Below are positions 1-9,696 of a stretch of DNA of 64,000 nt, in pieces. The notes beneath the pieces were generated by a model. That model was not told where the DNA came from and ran no database searches. It was given only the letters and a program-made list of their open reading frames with translations. The position numbers were made by a program, and so were the translations under genes. Source of the stretch: Patescibacteria group bacterium (GTDB lineage: Bacteria > Patescibacteriota > Minisyncoccia > Phycocordibacterales > UBA9973); contig JAGWLB010000001.1 of NCBI GenBank assembly GCA_028865035.1, positions 6,673 through 70,672 on the forward strand, given 5' to 3'. Within the stretch, counting starts at the first letter, position 1, and each line of letters begins with the position of its first letter.

Positions 1-416
1 AGATTGCTGTATATTCAAATGATGAACACATTGACCCTGTAGGATCTTGCGTAGGACAGAAAGGTATTCGTGTCGTGACTGTTATGAGTGAATTAAATGG
101 AGAAAAAATAGATATTATTCCTTGGTCTTCAGATATAACTGAATACATATCTAGTTCTTTATCTCCAGCTCACGTTCTTGATATTCAAATTATGGAAGAA
201 GAGCACAAAGCTATTGTTGAAGTTGCTACTGATCAACTTTCTCTTGCTATAGGTAAAGGTGGTCAAAATGTACGTTTAGCTGCAAAGCTTACAGGCTGGA
301 GGATCGACATCAAGGGAACTACTGGCGAAATTATCGCAAACGAAAATGATATAATAAAAGATAACGAAGCTGTATCTCTAGATGAAGGTCTAGTTGATGA
401 TGGCACTGATAAATAA
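1..416 (+). CDS. nusA: Transcription termination/antitermination factor NusA, C-terminal part (5'-truncated by window edge)
   Basis: Reading frame is open from position 3. Translation IAVYSNDEHIDPVGSCVGQKGIRV...KLTGWRIDIKG is the NusA KH-domain region. Confidence 0.8.
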   Translation, partial: IAVYSNDEHIDPVGSCVGQKGIRVVTVMSELNGEKIDIIPWSSDITEYISSSLSPAHVLDIQIMEEEHKAIVEVATDQLSLAIGKGGQNVRLAAKLTGWRIDIKGTTGEIIANENDIIKDNEAVSLDEGLVDDGTDK

Positions 417-438
417 TTAATAGTTAATTAAATTTTTT

Positions 439-1026
439 ATGGCAAATATAAACCACAAACCATCTAAATATATGTTGAATTTGTTGCACGTACTTCCTCC
501 TTTTTCTGATGAAAGTAACAAAGTTGCAAATGTAATTATTGAAAATAATGCTGGATCAAGAAATAAATATGAAATCATTACTGAAAGTGGGCAATTAAAG
601 CTTGACCGAGTAGGATACTCACCTCTTGTTTATCCTTTTGCCTATGGAGCCATCCCTATGACTTGGGACGAAGATAACGACCCTCTTGATATCGTTGTGG
701 CAAATGTAACTGAGGCTTTTGTTCCTGGATCGTTAGTTGAGATTCGTATCATTGGTGTTATGAAATTTATAGATTCTGGAGAAGTAGATGATAAAGTCAT
801 AGGTGTTGTCAACGATGATAAAAAGAACGATCACATAAAGACTATTGAAGACCTTGGCGAATATTTTAAAATCGAAACAAAATACTTCTGGGAAAAATAT
901 AAAGAATTAAAAAAACCAGGAACTGGTGAGGTTAAAGAATTCTTTGGTGCCGATGAAGCTGTGAAAATCATAAATGAATGCAAAGAGAGGTACCAAAAAG
1001 AATACGCACCAAAATTAGAAGAATAA
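439..1026 (+). CDS. ppa: Inorganic pyrophosphatase (family I)
   Basis: NKYEI...LDRV...YPFAYGAIPMTWDEDNDPLDIVV pattern typical of soluble PPase. Confidence 0.85.
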   Translation: MANINHKPSKYMLNLLHVLPPFSDESNKVANVIIENNAGSRNKYEIITESGQLKLDRVGYSPLVYPFAYGAIPMTWDEDNDPLDIVVANVTEAFVPGSLVEIRIIGVMKFIDSGEVDDKVIGVVNDDKKNDHIKTIEDLGEYFKIETKYFWEKYKELKKPGTGEVKEFFGADEAVKIINECKERYQKEYAPKLEE

Positions 1027-1039
1027 GAGAATATAATTT

Positions 1040-2113
1040 ATGAAAACAACAATAAAAAAACTCGATAAAAGTGAGGTTGAGATTTCAAGTGTATTACCTA
1101 GTGAAGAATTTAAAAAATATGAAAGTAAGGCTATATCTCATATAGGAGAAAGGCTTGAATTACCAGGCTTTCGTAAAGGTAAAGCTCCAGAAAATGTAGT
1201 CCGAGAGCATGCGACCGAAATGATGATTCTAGAAGAGATGGCTGAACTTGCGATTCAAGATATTTACCCAAAAATAATCGAAGAGGAAAAGATAGATGCT
1301 ATTGGCCGTCCTCAAGTATCTATTACTAAAATTGCAAAAGGAGAAGATCTAGAATTCAAAATTATAACTGCAATCATACCAGAAATGGCATTGCCAGATT
1401 ACAAAAAACTAGCTAATAGAGTTAAGAAAGAAAACCCGGAAGTAAAAGTAGAAGTTGATGAAGCAGAAGTAGACAAAACAATTCTTGAACTTCGTAAAAT
1501 GCGTGCCGAGCAATCACGTAACGCAAATCACGAAGGTCATGAAGATATGAGCGCAGAAGAACATGCAAAAGCTCATCCAGAAATAAAAGAGAGCGACTAT
1601 CCCCCATTTGATGATGATTTCGCGAAATCATTTGGTGATTTCGAGAACGCTGAAGCTTTCAAAAATAAAATTCGTGAAAATATGAAAATTGAAAAAGAGA
1701 CCATCGAGAAAGATAAACTTCGTATGAAAATAGTTGAGGAACTTTTAAAAGAGACCTCTGGAGAAATACCAGAAATCTTTATTCAAACAGAAATCGATAA
1801 AATACTTTACAGACTTCAAGCAGATATCACAAACGCTGGGTTAAAATTTGAAGATTATTTGGTCCAAATCAAAAAAACAGAAGAAGATTTACGCAATGAA
1901 TGGCGAGATGATGCAGAAAAGCGTGCTAAACTTCAAATAGTTATTCACAATATTTCTGAAAAAGAGAATATTAAACCTACCGAAGAAGAAATAACAAAAG
2001 AAGTAGACAATATTATGACTATGTACAAAGACGCCGATCCCGCTCGTGCTCGAGCATATATAGAAAATATGCTTGAAAATGAAAAAGTTTTCACTTTTCT
2101 AGAAAACCAATAA
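1040..2113 (+). CDS. tig: Trigger factor (short form)
   Basis: N-terminal LPGFRKGKAP ribosome-binding signature; 357 aa, shorter than the usual ~430 aa. Confidence 0.8.
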   Translation: MKTTIKKLDKSEVEISSVLPSEEFKKYESKAISHIGERLELPGFRKGKAPENVVREHATEMMILEEMAELAIQDIYPKIIEEEKIDAIGRPQVSITKIAKGEDLEFKIITAIIPEMALPDYKKLANRVKKENPEVKVEVDEAEVDKTILELRKMRAEQSRNANHEGHEDMSAEEHAKAHPEIKESDYPPFDDDFAKSFGDFENAEAFKNKIRENMKIEKETIEKDKLRMKIVEELLKETSGEIPEIFIQTEIDKILYRLQADITNAGLKFEDYLVQIKKTEEDLRNEWRDDAEKRAKLQIVIHNISEKENIKPTEEEITKEVDNIMTMYKDADPARARAYIENMLENEKVFTFLENQ

Positions 2114-2155
2114 AAACACTCTGGCAGATTATAATTATTTTGCTATACTACTAGT

Positions 2156-2749
2156 ATGCTTATACCAACAGTTATAGAAAAATCACAATTTGGAGAACGA
2201 GCTTATGATATATACTCTCGCCTTTTAAATGAGCGTATTATATTCTTGGGCGGGCCTATAGATGACCACGTTGCAAACCTAATTATTGCTCAGCTTCTTT
2301 ATCTTGACCATACAGATTCAAAAAAAGATATTCATCTTTATATTAACTCCCCTGGCGGTTCAGTTACTGCAGGGCTTGCAATACTAGATACGATGAATTT
2401 TGTTAAAGCAGATGTATCCACTATATGTGTCGGAATTGCTGCTTCTATGGGTGCCGTACTTCTCTCTGGTGGTACAAAAGGCAAGAGATTTGCTTTACCG
2501 AATTCAGAGGTTATGATTCACCAAGTTATGGGTGGAGCTGAAGGTCAAGCTTCAGATATTGCTATCAATGCAAAGCATATTCTCCGCACAAAAGAAACAC
2601 TGAACAAATTACTTGCCAAGAACACTAATCGCAGTGTGGCACAAGTAGAAAAAGATTCAGACCGTGATTACTATATGACGGCTGATGAGGCAAAGAAATA
2701 CGGTATCATCGATGATATTGTTTCAAAACCAAAAGCTGATAAAAAATAA
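2156..2749 (+). CDS. clpP: ATP-dependent Clp protease proteolytic subunit
   Basis: [12 protein letters not shown]...[14 protein letters not shown]...SMGAVLL active-site region. Confidence 0.9.
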   Translation: MLIPTVIEKSQFGERAYDIYSRLLNERIIFLGGPIDDHVANLIIAQLLYLDHTDSKKDIHLYINSPGGSVTAGLAILDTMNFVKADVSTICVGIAASMGAVLLSGGTKGKRFALPNSEVMIHQVMGGAEGQASDIAINAKHILRTKETLNKLLAKNTNRSVAQVEKDSDRDYYMTADEAKKYGIIDDIVSKPKADKK

Positions 2750-2795
2750 GACAGCATTTTCTAAAACTATCTAAATAATTTAAGAATATTAAAAT

Positions 2796-3548
2796 ATGCA
2801 AATAATTTTGGCCATTATCTTAGTAATAATTTTGATCTATTTTATAAAAAAAGAAATAGATGCAAAAAATATGGCAGAGGAATCTTTTATTTCTATTGTG
2901 AACCATACTTTTCGAACTCCTTTAACTAACATAAAGTGGATGAGTGAAGCTCTAAGTAAAGGTATGTCACCAGAAGAGCAAAAGCAGATGTCCCAAAACT
3001 TAGAGAATTCTACGAATAGACTTCTTGGTATTATAGATACTTTAGCTGGTATCAAAGATATACATAACTCTGCCGCCTACGAGCTTAAAGCAGTGTCTAT
3101 AAATGAATTAGTAGTTGACTCTATCAGGAGGTATCGCATCCCTCTGAATGAAAAAAAGATTAATCTATCATTACCAACACTAAAAGACATTCCACTTTTG
3201 AGTATTGATACAAAGAAAATTTCATTTGTTATTCAAGTTATTTTAGAAAACGCTATTCTTTATTCTAAAGAGAATGGTAGTGTTATGATTTATACTGAAA
3301 TTTATAAGAACAGTCTAATACTGTCTATTGAAGATAATGGTATCGGCTTATCACATAAAGATAAGAGAAACATTTTCAAACGTTTTTATCGTGGTGAGAT
3401 TGCCAAGAAGATGAACACAGATGGTATGGGTTTGGGTTTATATATGTCTAAAGAAATAATACGTAGACATAAAGGCCGTATTAAGGCTTTCTCAAAGGGT
3501 GTTGATCAAGGCACTACTTTTTATATTATATTACCAATTAAGAAATAG
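2796..3548 (+). CDS. Sensor histidine kinase (one N-terminal TM helix, HisKA + HATPase_c)
   Basis: SHTFRTPL H-box; DNGIGL and GMGLGL ATP-lid motifs; no response regulator adjacent. Confidence 0.7.
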   Translation: MQIILAIILVIILIYFIKKEIDAKNMAEESFISIVNHTFRTPLTNIKWMSEALSKGMSPEEQKQMSQNLENSTNRLLGIIDTLAGIKDIHNSAAYELKAVSINELVVDSIRRYRIPLNEKKINLSLPTLKDIPLLSIDTKKISFVIQVILENAILYSKENGSVMIYTEIYKNSLILSIEDNGIGLSHKDKRNIFKRFYRGEIAKKMNTDGMGLGLYMSKEIIRRHKGRIKAFSKGVDQGTTFYIILPIKK

Positions 3549-3773
3549 CCTTGCGTTAGAATCTCGACAAATATCATCTTTTGCGGTATTATGAGCATAT
3601 CGAATTTTAACAGTTAGTAAATGTTTTCTTTTAAAATACGGTTTATCTCTGGTATAAATTACGAAATTATTTTATGTATAAAAGTTTTATCTCGACAGCG
3701 TTTTTAAGAATATCCATGATATAACTCGACCATAATAGGCCTTGTGTATTTTTTAAGTGACATTATCACTTAT

Positions 3774-5300
3774 ATGAATTTAATAGCAATAATCATTTCC
3801 GCTTTAACGCTTTTGCTAGGTGTTGGAGTTGGATACTATTTGCGCCTCATTATCTCGCTTGGGAAAAAAGGTTCTATGGAACTTGAAATAAAGCAGATAA
3901 TGCTAGGAGCAAAAGAAGAAGCACAAAGAGTTCTCGATGAAGCAAAGAAAAAGGCTGAGGAACGCATCGACCAATCTCAAACTGAATTAAAAAAGAAAGA
4001 GGATGAATTAAAACAAACAGAACATCGTTTAATAAAAAAAGAAGAACTCATAGATGCTCGCCAAGTTGAAAACGATCGCGAGGTTGAAAATATAAAAATA
4101 AAAATTGAAGAAGTAAAAAAGATAAAAGAGAGATTAGAAGGCGTAGAATCAGAAAAGGAAAAGGAACTTGAAAAAGTTGCTCAATTATCCAAGGAAGAAG
4201 CTCGCGAAAATCTATTAAAAACTATAGAGACTAGGTACGAGGAAGACTTGCTGGTTCGTATGCAAAAAATGGAAACAGCAAATACTGAAAAGCTTGACCG
4301 AAGAGCGAAAGATATATTGGCAGCTAGTATAAATAGACTAGCATCTTCCACAGCAAGTGAAATGATGACTACTTCTGTCGAAATTCCAAACGATGATATA
4401 AAAGGTAAGATTATTGGTAAAGAAGGTAGAAATATTCGCGCCTTTGAAAAATCCTCTGGTGTAGAATTAATTATCGACGAGACCCCAGGGGCTATAGTTA
4501 TCTCTTCTTTTGATCCTGTACGCCGCCAGGTTGCAAGGCTTGCTCTTGAGAACTTAATTCTCGACGGCCGTATCCAGCCAGCGAAGATAGAAGAAGTTGT
4601 CGCAAAAGCAGCGGAAGATATAAATAAAATTATTAAAGATAAAGGAGACCAAGCAGTATACGAGTGTGGCATATTTAATCTTGATCCACGTATCGTAGCT
4701 ATAGTCGGACGTTTATACTTCCGTACCTCATATGGCCAGAATGTTTTACAGCACTCCATCGAGATGGCGCATATTGCCGGTATGCTCGCCGAAGAACTTG
4801 GGGCTGATATTCAAGTAGCTAAAGCCGGTGCTCTTGTGCATGATATAGGTAAGGCTCTTGATCACGAAGTTCAAGGTACTCACATCGATATTGGTATTCG
4901 TATTTTACAGAAATTTGGAGCAGACCCTCGAATTATTACTGCAATGAAGAGTCATCATGATGATTGTCCTCACGAGTCGATTGAAGCCGTTATCGTTCAG
5001 ACAGCTGATATGATATCTGGCGGCAGGCCTGGTGCACGTCGTGACTCCGTAGAGAACTATATCAAGCGTTTACAAGATCTAGAAGCAATTACTAAAACAT
5101 TTGAAGGAGTCGAGAAATCTTACGCTCTTGCTGCAGGCCGTGAAATTCGTATTTTCGTCACTCCAGAGAAAGTAAATGATATCGAAGCTAAAGATATGGC
5201 CCGTGCTATCGCTCTGAAGATAGAACAAGAACTTAAATATCCTGGTGAAATCAAAGTCACGATGATCCGAGAGAATCGCATTGTCGAATACGCAAGATAA
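3774..5300 (+). CDS. rny: Ribonuclease Y
   Basis: N-terminal TM helix, coiled-coil, KH domain (IIGKEGRNIRAFE), HD domain (HSIEMAHIAG...VHDIGKA). Start taken at MNLIAIII rather than the upstream in-frame ATG. Confidence 0.85.
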   Translation: MNLIAIIISALTLLLGVGVGYYLRLIISLGKKGSMELEIKQIMLGAKEEAQRVLDEAKKKAEERIDQSQTELKKKEDELKQTEHRLIKKEELIDARQVENDREVENIKIKIEEVKKIKERLEGVESEKEKELEKVAQLSKEEARENLLKTIETRYEEDLLVRMQKMETANTEKLDRRAKDILAASINRLASSTASEMMTTSVEIPNDDIKGKIIGKEGRNIRAFEKSSGVELIIDETPGAIVISSFDPVRRQVARLALENLILDGRIQPAKIEEVVAKAAEDINKIIKDKGDQAVYECGIFNLDPRIVAIVGRLYFRTSYGQNVLQHSIEMAHIAGMLAEELGADIQVAKAGALVHDIGKALDHEVQGTHIDIGIRILQKFGADPRIITAMKSHHDDCPHESIEAVIVQTADMISGGRPGARRDSVENYIKRLQDLEAITKTFEGVEKSYALAAGREIRIFVTPEKVNDIEAKDMARAIALKIEQELKYPGEIKVTMIRENRIVEYAR

Positions 5301-5316
5301 AAAAGTTAAGATTATT

Positions 5317-5345
5317 AAAAACACCACATCGATGTGGTGTTTTTA
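5317..5345. terminator. Bidirectional rho-independent terminator
   Basis: Perfect 10-bp stem acaccacatc/gatgtggtgt flanked by an A-tract and a T-tract, between convergent rny and the small acidic ORF. Confidence 0.6.
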
Positions 5346-5350
5346 ATTTA

Positions 5351-5482
5351 TTATTCTTTAGAATCATCTTTATAAGCACTAGGGTCCTCATCAGGAAGAT
5401 TGTCTAGATCTATATCAATATCATCCATATTAAATGGATCATTTTTAGGCTCTTTGTCTGTTGAACTAGCTTCTTCTGTCAT
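5351..5482 (-). CDS. Small highly acidic protein (43 aa), paralog of the ORF at 50482..50643
   Basis: MTEEASSTDKEPKNDPFNMDDIDIDLDNLPDEDPSAYKDDSKE; shares an EPK-x-D-x-F ... DD-x-D ... EDP pattern with the second acidic ORF. Confidence 0.3.
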   Translation of the reverse strand: MTEEASSTDKEPKNDPFNMDDIDIDLDNLPDEDPSAYKDDSKE

Positions 5483-5631
5483 AAAATTAATATAATTAAA
5501 GCTAATAATAGTAATACTCTTAGTATACCACAATATATTAGACGACTGTGCAAGGATATAATGTTTATATTTATTTATAAACTATATAAATTATAAAATA
5601 TAATGCTCATCAGTCAATCCATCAAAAAAGC

Positions 5632-5659
5632 TTGCGGGAAAAATCCCTTAGTATATAAT
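5632..5659 (+). promoter_or_regulatory. Candidate sigma70-type promoter for hup (TTGCGG-16-TATAAT)
   Basis: Hexamers read directly; followed by a perfect 12-bp palindrome cgtttgcaaacg (5685..5696) in the predicted 5'UTR. Confidence 0.3.
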
Positions 5660-5759
5660 AGTATTACTCCTGTTTATCAGGGATCGTTTGCAAACGGTCG
5701 AATATTATTCAGATAGCGTTCTTATATTTTTTGAAAGAAAGGTGTAAGAAAAGAAATAA

Positions 5760-6032
5760 ATGAATAAACAAGCATTAGTAGAATTAGTTCATGAAAAAAT
5801 CGGTGGTACAAAAGTACAAGCCGAAGAAGTTGTGAACGGAATGTTTGATGCTATCGTTGCTACTTTGAAAAAAGGCGGCGAAGTATCAATTGCAGGAATT
5901 GGAATCTTCTCAGTTAAAGATCGCGCAGCACGTATGGCTCGTAATCCAAAGACAGGAGAACAGGTCAAAGTTGCTGCTACCAAAGTGCCAAAATTCAGAG
6001 CCGCAAAAGCTCTGAAAGATGCTGTAAAATAA
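5760..6032 (+). CDS. hup: DNA-binding protein HU
   Basis: 90 aa; GFGxF-like IAGIGIFSV...RNPKTGE...KVPKF arm motifs. Confidence 0.85.
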   Translation: MNKQALVELVHEKIGGTKVQAEEVVNGMFDAIVATLKKGGEVSIAGIGIFSVKDRAARMARNPKTGEQVKVAATKVPKFRAAKALKDAVK

Positions 6033-6072
6033 TATCTACCTGCTTAAACGCAGACATACTTATATACAGATT

Positions 6073-6108
6073 AAAAAACCACTCTATTCTATCTACGAGT
6101 GGTTTTTT
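6073..6108. terminator. Rho-independent terminator (bidirectional)
   Basis: aaaaaaccactc...gagtggtttttt stem-loop with a T-run after hup and facing the convergent ZIP gene. Confidence 0.6.
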
Positions 6109-6134
6109 AATATCTGACTGTTTTGTGAAATCTA

Positions 6135-6857
6135 TTATATAAATCTGGTAATAATAAAAATAAATATTATACCTAGTGTTGTCATTGCCACTGTTTTCAT
6201 AGAAGAATTTTTACTGTGCGCCTCAGGCAAGATATCAGATACTCCTATGTAAAGCAAAAATCCAGCAAAAAATCCAAGATACATAAGTAATGTTTTTTCA
6301 GATAAAGTAAAGAAGAATGTTGAGAAACCTCCAACTACAGGAGCAAAAGCATCTACAAATAGGAATTGTAAGGCCTTTTTGTCAGTATTCTTATGACGAA
6401 GCATCAGAGATACAGTATTTAAACCATCAGCAAAATCATGCGCAATTACAGCTAACGCTATGAATATACCTATCGTACTAGATATCTGAAAACCCAAACC
6501 AATACCAACACCATCTAAGAATGAGTGACCAGCTAAAGCAAGTGCCTGAAACTTCCCTATTGTCGGATGAGTATGAGGACCATAATTATCCTCGTGTCCA
6601 TGATGTACTAATAATAACTTTTCAGCAACGTGAAAAACCATAAACCCAACAACTAAAGCAATCATCGGGTATGTTGAATTTACACCAAGTGTTCCAGTAA
6701 GCTTGATAATTTCTGGAAAAATATCAAAAGATATTACACCAAGGATTATGCCAGCAGTTAAACCAAGGATAAGGTGCATTTTGTCTTTATACTTCAAGCC
6801 AAAAAGACCACCGAGAAATGTTGACACAAATGTGAATGAAATGAATAAGAATTGCAT
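6135..6857 (-). CDS. ZIP family metal transporter (ZupT-like)
   Basis: Polytopic protein; HHGHEDNYGPHTHP histidine-rich loop; HSFLDGVGIG and HDFADG ZIP signatures. Confidence 0.7.
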   Translation of the reverse strand: MQFLFISFTFVSTFLGGLFGLKYKDKMHLILGLTAGIILGVISFDIFPEIIKLTGTLGVNSTYPMIALVVGFMVFHVAEKLLLVHHGHEDNYGPHTHPTIGKFQALALAGHSFLDGVGIGLGFQISSTIGIFIALAVIAHDFADGLNTVSLMLRHKNTDKKALQFLFVDAFAPVVGGFSTFFFTLSEKTLLMYLGFFAGFLLYIGVSDILPEAHSKNSSMKTVAMTTLGIIFIFIITRFI

Positions 6858-6860
6858 ATG

Positions 6861-6933
6861 TCGGGGTGCCGGGATTCGAACCCGGAGTCGCCTGTTCCCA
6901 AAACAGGAATGTTAGCCGTTACACCACACCCCG
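6861..6933 (-). tRNA. tRNA-Pro (anticodon TGG)
   Basis: Reverse complement CGGGGTG...CCTGTTTTGGGAACAGG...GGTTCGAATCC...CACCCCGA forms a cloverleaf; anticodon loop TTTGGGA; no encoded CCA. Confidence 0.8.
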
Positions 6934-7050
6934 AAATCTAATTATAACCTTCTTATAGTAGCATATTTTCTATTAAAAACAATTATGCTTTATATTGCTA
7001 TGAGTAGGTTTGTTTTTTTGTTAAATTTTGTTATATTAAAGCGTAGCTTT

Positions 7051-7121
7051 GCGGGATTAGTTTAGTGGTAGAACTGCAGTTTTCCAAACTGCTGGCAAGA
7101 GTTCGATTCTCTTATCCCGCA
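7051..7121 (+). tRNA. tRNA-Trp (anticodon CCA)
   Basis: GCGGGAT...CAGTTTTCCAAACTG...GAGTTCGATTCTC...ATCCCGCA; anticodon loop TTCCAAA; no encoded CCA. Confidence 0.8.
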
Positions 7122-7129
7122 CAATAATA

Positions 7130-7534
7130 TTAAAGTATGACATTTTCTATTGTCTTTACTCTGGCTAATCTATTTTTAATATCAAGATATACCAGAAGAA
7201 GATCAAACTGCCATGGTGTATTCCCTATTCGTTTATGAATCAGATACGTTTGAATTGTCCGTGAAAGTCGTTTCATTTTCCAAGGATGCATATTTTCTTC
7301 CGGTCTTTTAGTAAATAGATTGTCTTTTTTAAAATCTGGTAATGTTTCGCATGAAACAGATTTAACTTCCACAAAATATATTTTTGAGTCTTTTTCGGCA
7401 ATAATATCAATTTCTCCCCATTTCTTTGTATAATTTCTTTCTTTAACACTATAACCGTGTTTCATGAGAAACTTACAGGCAATATCTTCTCCTAGTTTTC
7501 CAATTATTTGAGAATTTGAAGTAAATTTTTTCAT
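7130..7534 (-). CDS. YraN/UPF0102 family endonuclease-like protein
   Basis: 134 aa; GEDIACKFLMKHGYSVKERNY...GEIDIIAEKDSKIYFVEVK matches the UPF0102 pattern. Confidence 0.55.
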   Translation of the reverse strand: MKKFTSNSQIIGKLGEDIACKFLMKHGYSVKERNYTKKWGEIDIIAEKDSKIYFVEVKSVSCETLPDFKKDNLFTKRPEENMHPWKMKRLSRTIQTYLIHKRIGNTPWQFDLLLVYLDIKNRLARVKTIENVIL

Positions 7535-7857
7535 ATAGTTTCACGTGAAACATATTTATTTTTATTGGACAATATTGAGTTAAAATAAATTGTCTTTCTA
7601 AAAAAATCCTTATATTATATGTATAAAATAATTATTTATGAAATTTAATTAAATATTCGTTGTATCTTAATAGTGTCTTTTATTAACAATGCACACACAC
7701 TTATCCACATATATACTAATTTTAAAGGAGATTTTCTGTGTATAAAAGACTAATAAAGGTCAGGATTATTTTCTTATTATTTACATTTATTTTTATATTC
7801 ATTCTAATTTTTTATATAATTTCGGAGTAAAAAATTAACAAAATAATTTATTATTTG

Positions 7858-7929
7858 TGCACCCAGAGGGATTCGAACCCCCAATAACGGTTCCGAAGAC
7901 CGTCGTGATATCCATTTCACCATGGGTGC
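7858..7929 (-). tRNA. tRNA-Arg (anticodon TCG)
   Basis: Reverse complement GCACCCA...ACGGTCTTCGGAACCGT...GGTTCGAATCC...TGGGTGCA; anticodon loop CTTCGGA. Confidence 0.75.
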
Positions 7930-8054
7930 TTTTAGCTATTTAATTATACATTAATAATACATATTTACAATTAATATATAAATTAAGATATTTAGAGAAT
8001 AAATTGCTTTTTATACATAAAAATACTATAATCTATGCCAGTTATAAATAATAT

Positions 8055-8125
8055 GCGGGATTGGTTTAGTGGTAGAACACGTCCTTGCCAAGGATGAGAC
8101 AGGAGTTCGATTCTCCTATCCCGCA
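8055..8125 (+). tRNA. tRNA-Gly (anticodon GCC)
   Basis: GCGGGAT...CGTCCTTGCCAAGGATG...GAGTTCGATTCTCC...ATCCCGCA; anticodon loop TTGCCAA; acceptor and T arms are almost identical to tRNA-Trp. Confidence 0.8.
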
Positions 8126-8137
8126 CACAATAACTTT

Positions 8138-9661
8138 ATGGCAAAAATGCCAATAGATAACTCAAAAATACCATCGTATGTTACACATGTAACAAATATA
8201 CTAGAAGCTTCAGGTTTCGAGTCATTTCTAGTTGGCGGATGTGTCCGTGATCTAATTATAGATAGAGAGCCAAAAGATTGGGATATCACCACAAATGCCA
8301 AACCAGAAGAACTAATGAAAATGTTTGAAAAGACTATATATGAGAACAATTACGGAACAGTAGCAGTTTGTATACCTATAGACAATAAAGTTACACATGA
8401 AACAACAGATTTAAATGTTACACAAGAAACACCAAAATATAACATTATAGAAGTAACTCCATATAGAATTGAAGCAAAATATAGCGATTTTAGACACCCA
8501 GACGCAGTTAAATTCAGCAACAATATAGAAGATGATCTTAAAAGACGTGATTTTACTATAAATGCTTTAGCTTATAATCAGAATAAAGGACAAATAATTG
8601 ATCTGTATAAAGGACAAGAAGATATAAAGGACAAAGTTATAAGAGCCGTGGGTGATCCATCAGATAGGTTTAATGAAGATGCTCTAAGAATGCTCCGAGC
8701 TGTTAGATTTTCCTCAGAATTAAATTTTGCGATTTCATATGACACGATGGAAGCAATTGTGGATAACTCTAAACTTTTGCAAAATATTTCATCAGAAAGA
8801 ATTCGTGATGAATTTACAAAAATCATTGAAAGCAAAAACCCGACCCAAGGTATTGTTCTACTTCAAAAATTAGGATTATTAAAATATATAATTCCGGAAT
8901 TAGAAGAGGGAATTGGTTGCGAGCAAGGTGGTGCACATATTTATGATGTGTTTACACACCTACTTGGAGCATTAGGCCATGCCGCAGAAAAAGGATACTC
9001 GACTGAGATACGACTTGCTGCATTGTTCCATGATATCGGTAAACCAAGAAGCAGAAGAACAGGCACAAAAAAAGAATACACATTTTATGGACACGAAGTT
9101 ATAGGTGCACGTATGGCACACATAATTATGGAAAGACTAAAGTATCCCAAAAAAACAATCGACTTAGTAGTATCGTTAGTGCGTAACCATATGTTTTTCT
9201 CCGACACTGAACAGATATCATTATCTGCTGTTCGTAGAATTGTTCAGAAAGTTGGCAAAGATCATATCTGGGAATTAATGGAAATACGAGAATGTGATCG
9301 TGTGGGTATGAAAAAACTAGAAGCTCCATATCGTCTGCGTAAATACCACGCTATGATAGACGAAGTTCTTCGTGACCCACTTTCTGTTGGTCAACTTGCT
9401 ATTGATGGGGAAGTACTAATAAAAGAGTTGGGAATGAAACCATCACGCAGAATGGGTTGGATTCTTCATGCACTACTGGAAGAAGTATTGGATGACCCTA
9501 AAAAAAATACTGTGGAATATTTAAAAGGTGAAGCACTCGTGCTCGATAAATATGAAGATAATAAACTTAGAGAACTTGGTGAAAAAGCAAAAGACTTAAA
9601 AGAAAAGTTAGAAAAAGAAGAAATCGCTAAAGTCCACGCCAAGCATAATGTGAAAAAATAA
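8138..9661 (+). CDS. cca: CCA-adding tRNA nucleotidyltransferase with HD domain
   Basis: GGCVRDLII...DWDITT polymerase-beta head and LAALFHDIGKP HD motif. Start placed at MAKM because the longer ORF in the track begins inside tRNA-Gly. Confidence 0.8.
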   Translation: MAKMPIDNSKIPSYVTHVTNILEASGFESFLVGGCVRDLIIDREPKDWDITTNAKPEELMKMFEKTIYENNYGTVAVCIPIDNKVTHETTDLNVTQETPKYNIIEVTPYRIEAKYSDFRHPDAVKFSNNIEDDLKRRDFTINALAYNQNKGQIIDLYKGQEDIKDKVIRAVGDPSDRFNEDALRMLRAVRFSSELNFAISYDTMEAIVDNSKLLQNISSERIRDEFTKIIESKNPTQGIVLLQKLGLLKYIIPELEEGIGCEQGGAHIYDVFTHLLGALGHAAEKGYSTEIRLAALFHDIGKPRSRRTGTKKEYTFYGHEVIGARMAHIIMERLKYPKKTIDLVVSLVRNHMFFSDTEQISLSAVRRIVQKVGKDHIWELMEIRECDRVGMKKLEAPYRLRKYHAMIDEVLRDPLSVGQLAIDGEVLIKELGMKPSRRMGWILHALLEEVLDDPKKNTVEYLKGEALVLDKYEDNKLRELGEKAKDLKEKLEKEEIAKVHAKHNVKK

Positions 9662-9696
9662 AAAGAAGAAATTAAATTTAATCTCTTCTTTTTTCT
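9662..9696 (+). terminator. Candidate terminator after cca
   Basis: agaagaaat...atctcttct stem (one mismatch) followed by tttttt. Confidence 0.4.

Noticed and set aside
1422-1631. Antisense ORFs embedded in well-supported genes (e.g. 1422..1631, 2837..3055, 4181..4759, 5079..5327, 8116..8349, 13556..13828, 14386..15109, 19356..20361, 37315..37527, 44942..45346, 46819..47313, 60901..61155)
   Set aside because: They overlap, on the opposite strand or out of frame, genes with clear family signatures. Their low-complexity composition is typical of chance ORFs in AT-rich DNA.
8069-8137. Extended start of the cca ORF given in the track
   Set aside because: It begins inside tRNA-Gly; the conserved protein starts at MAKM (8138).
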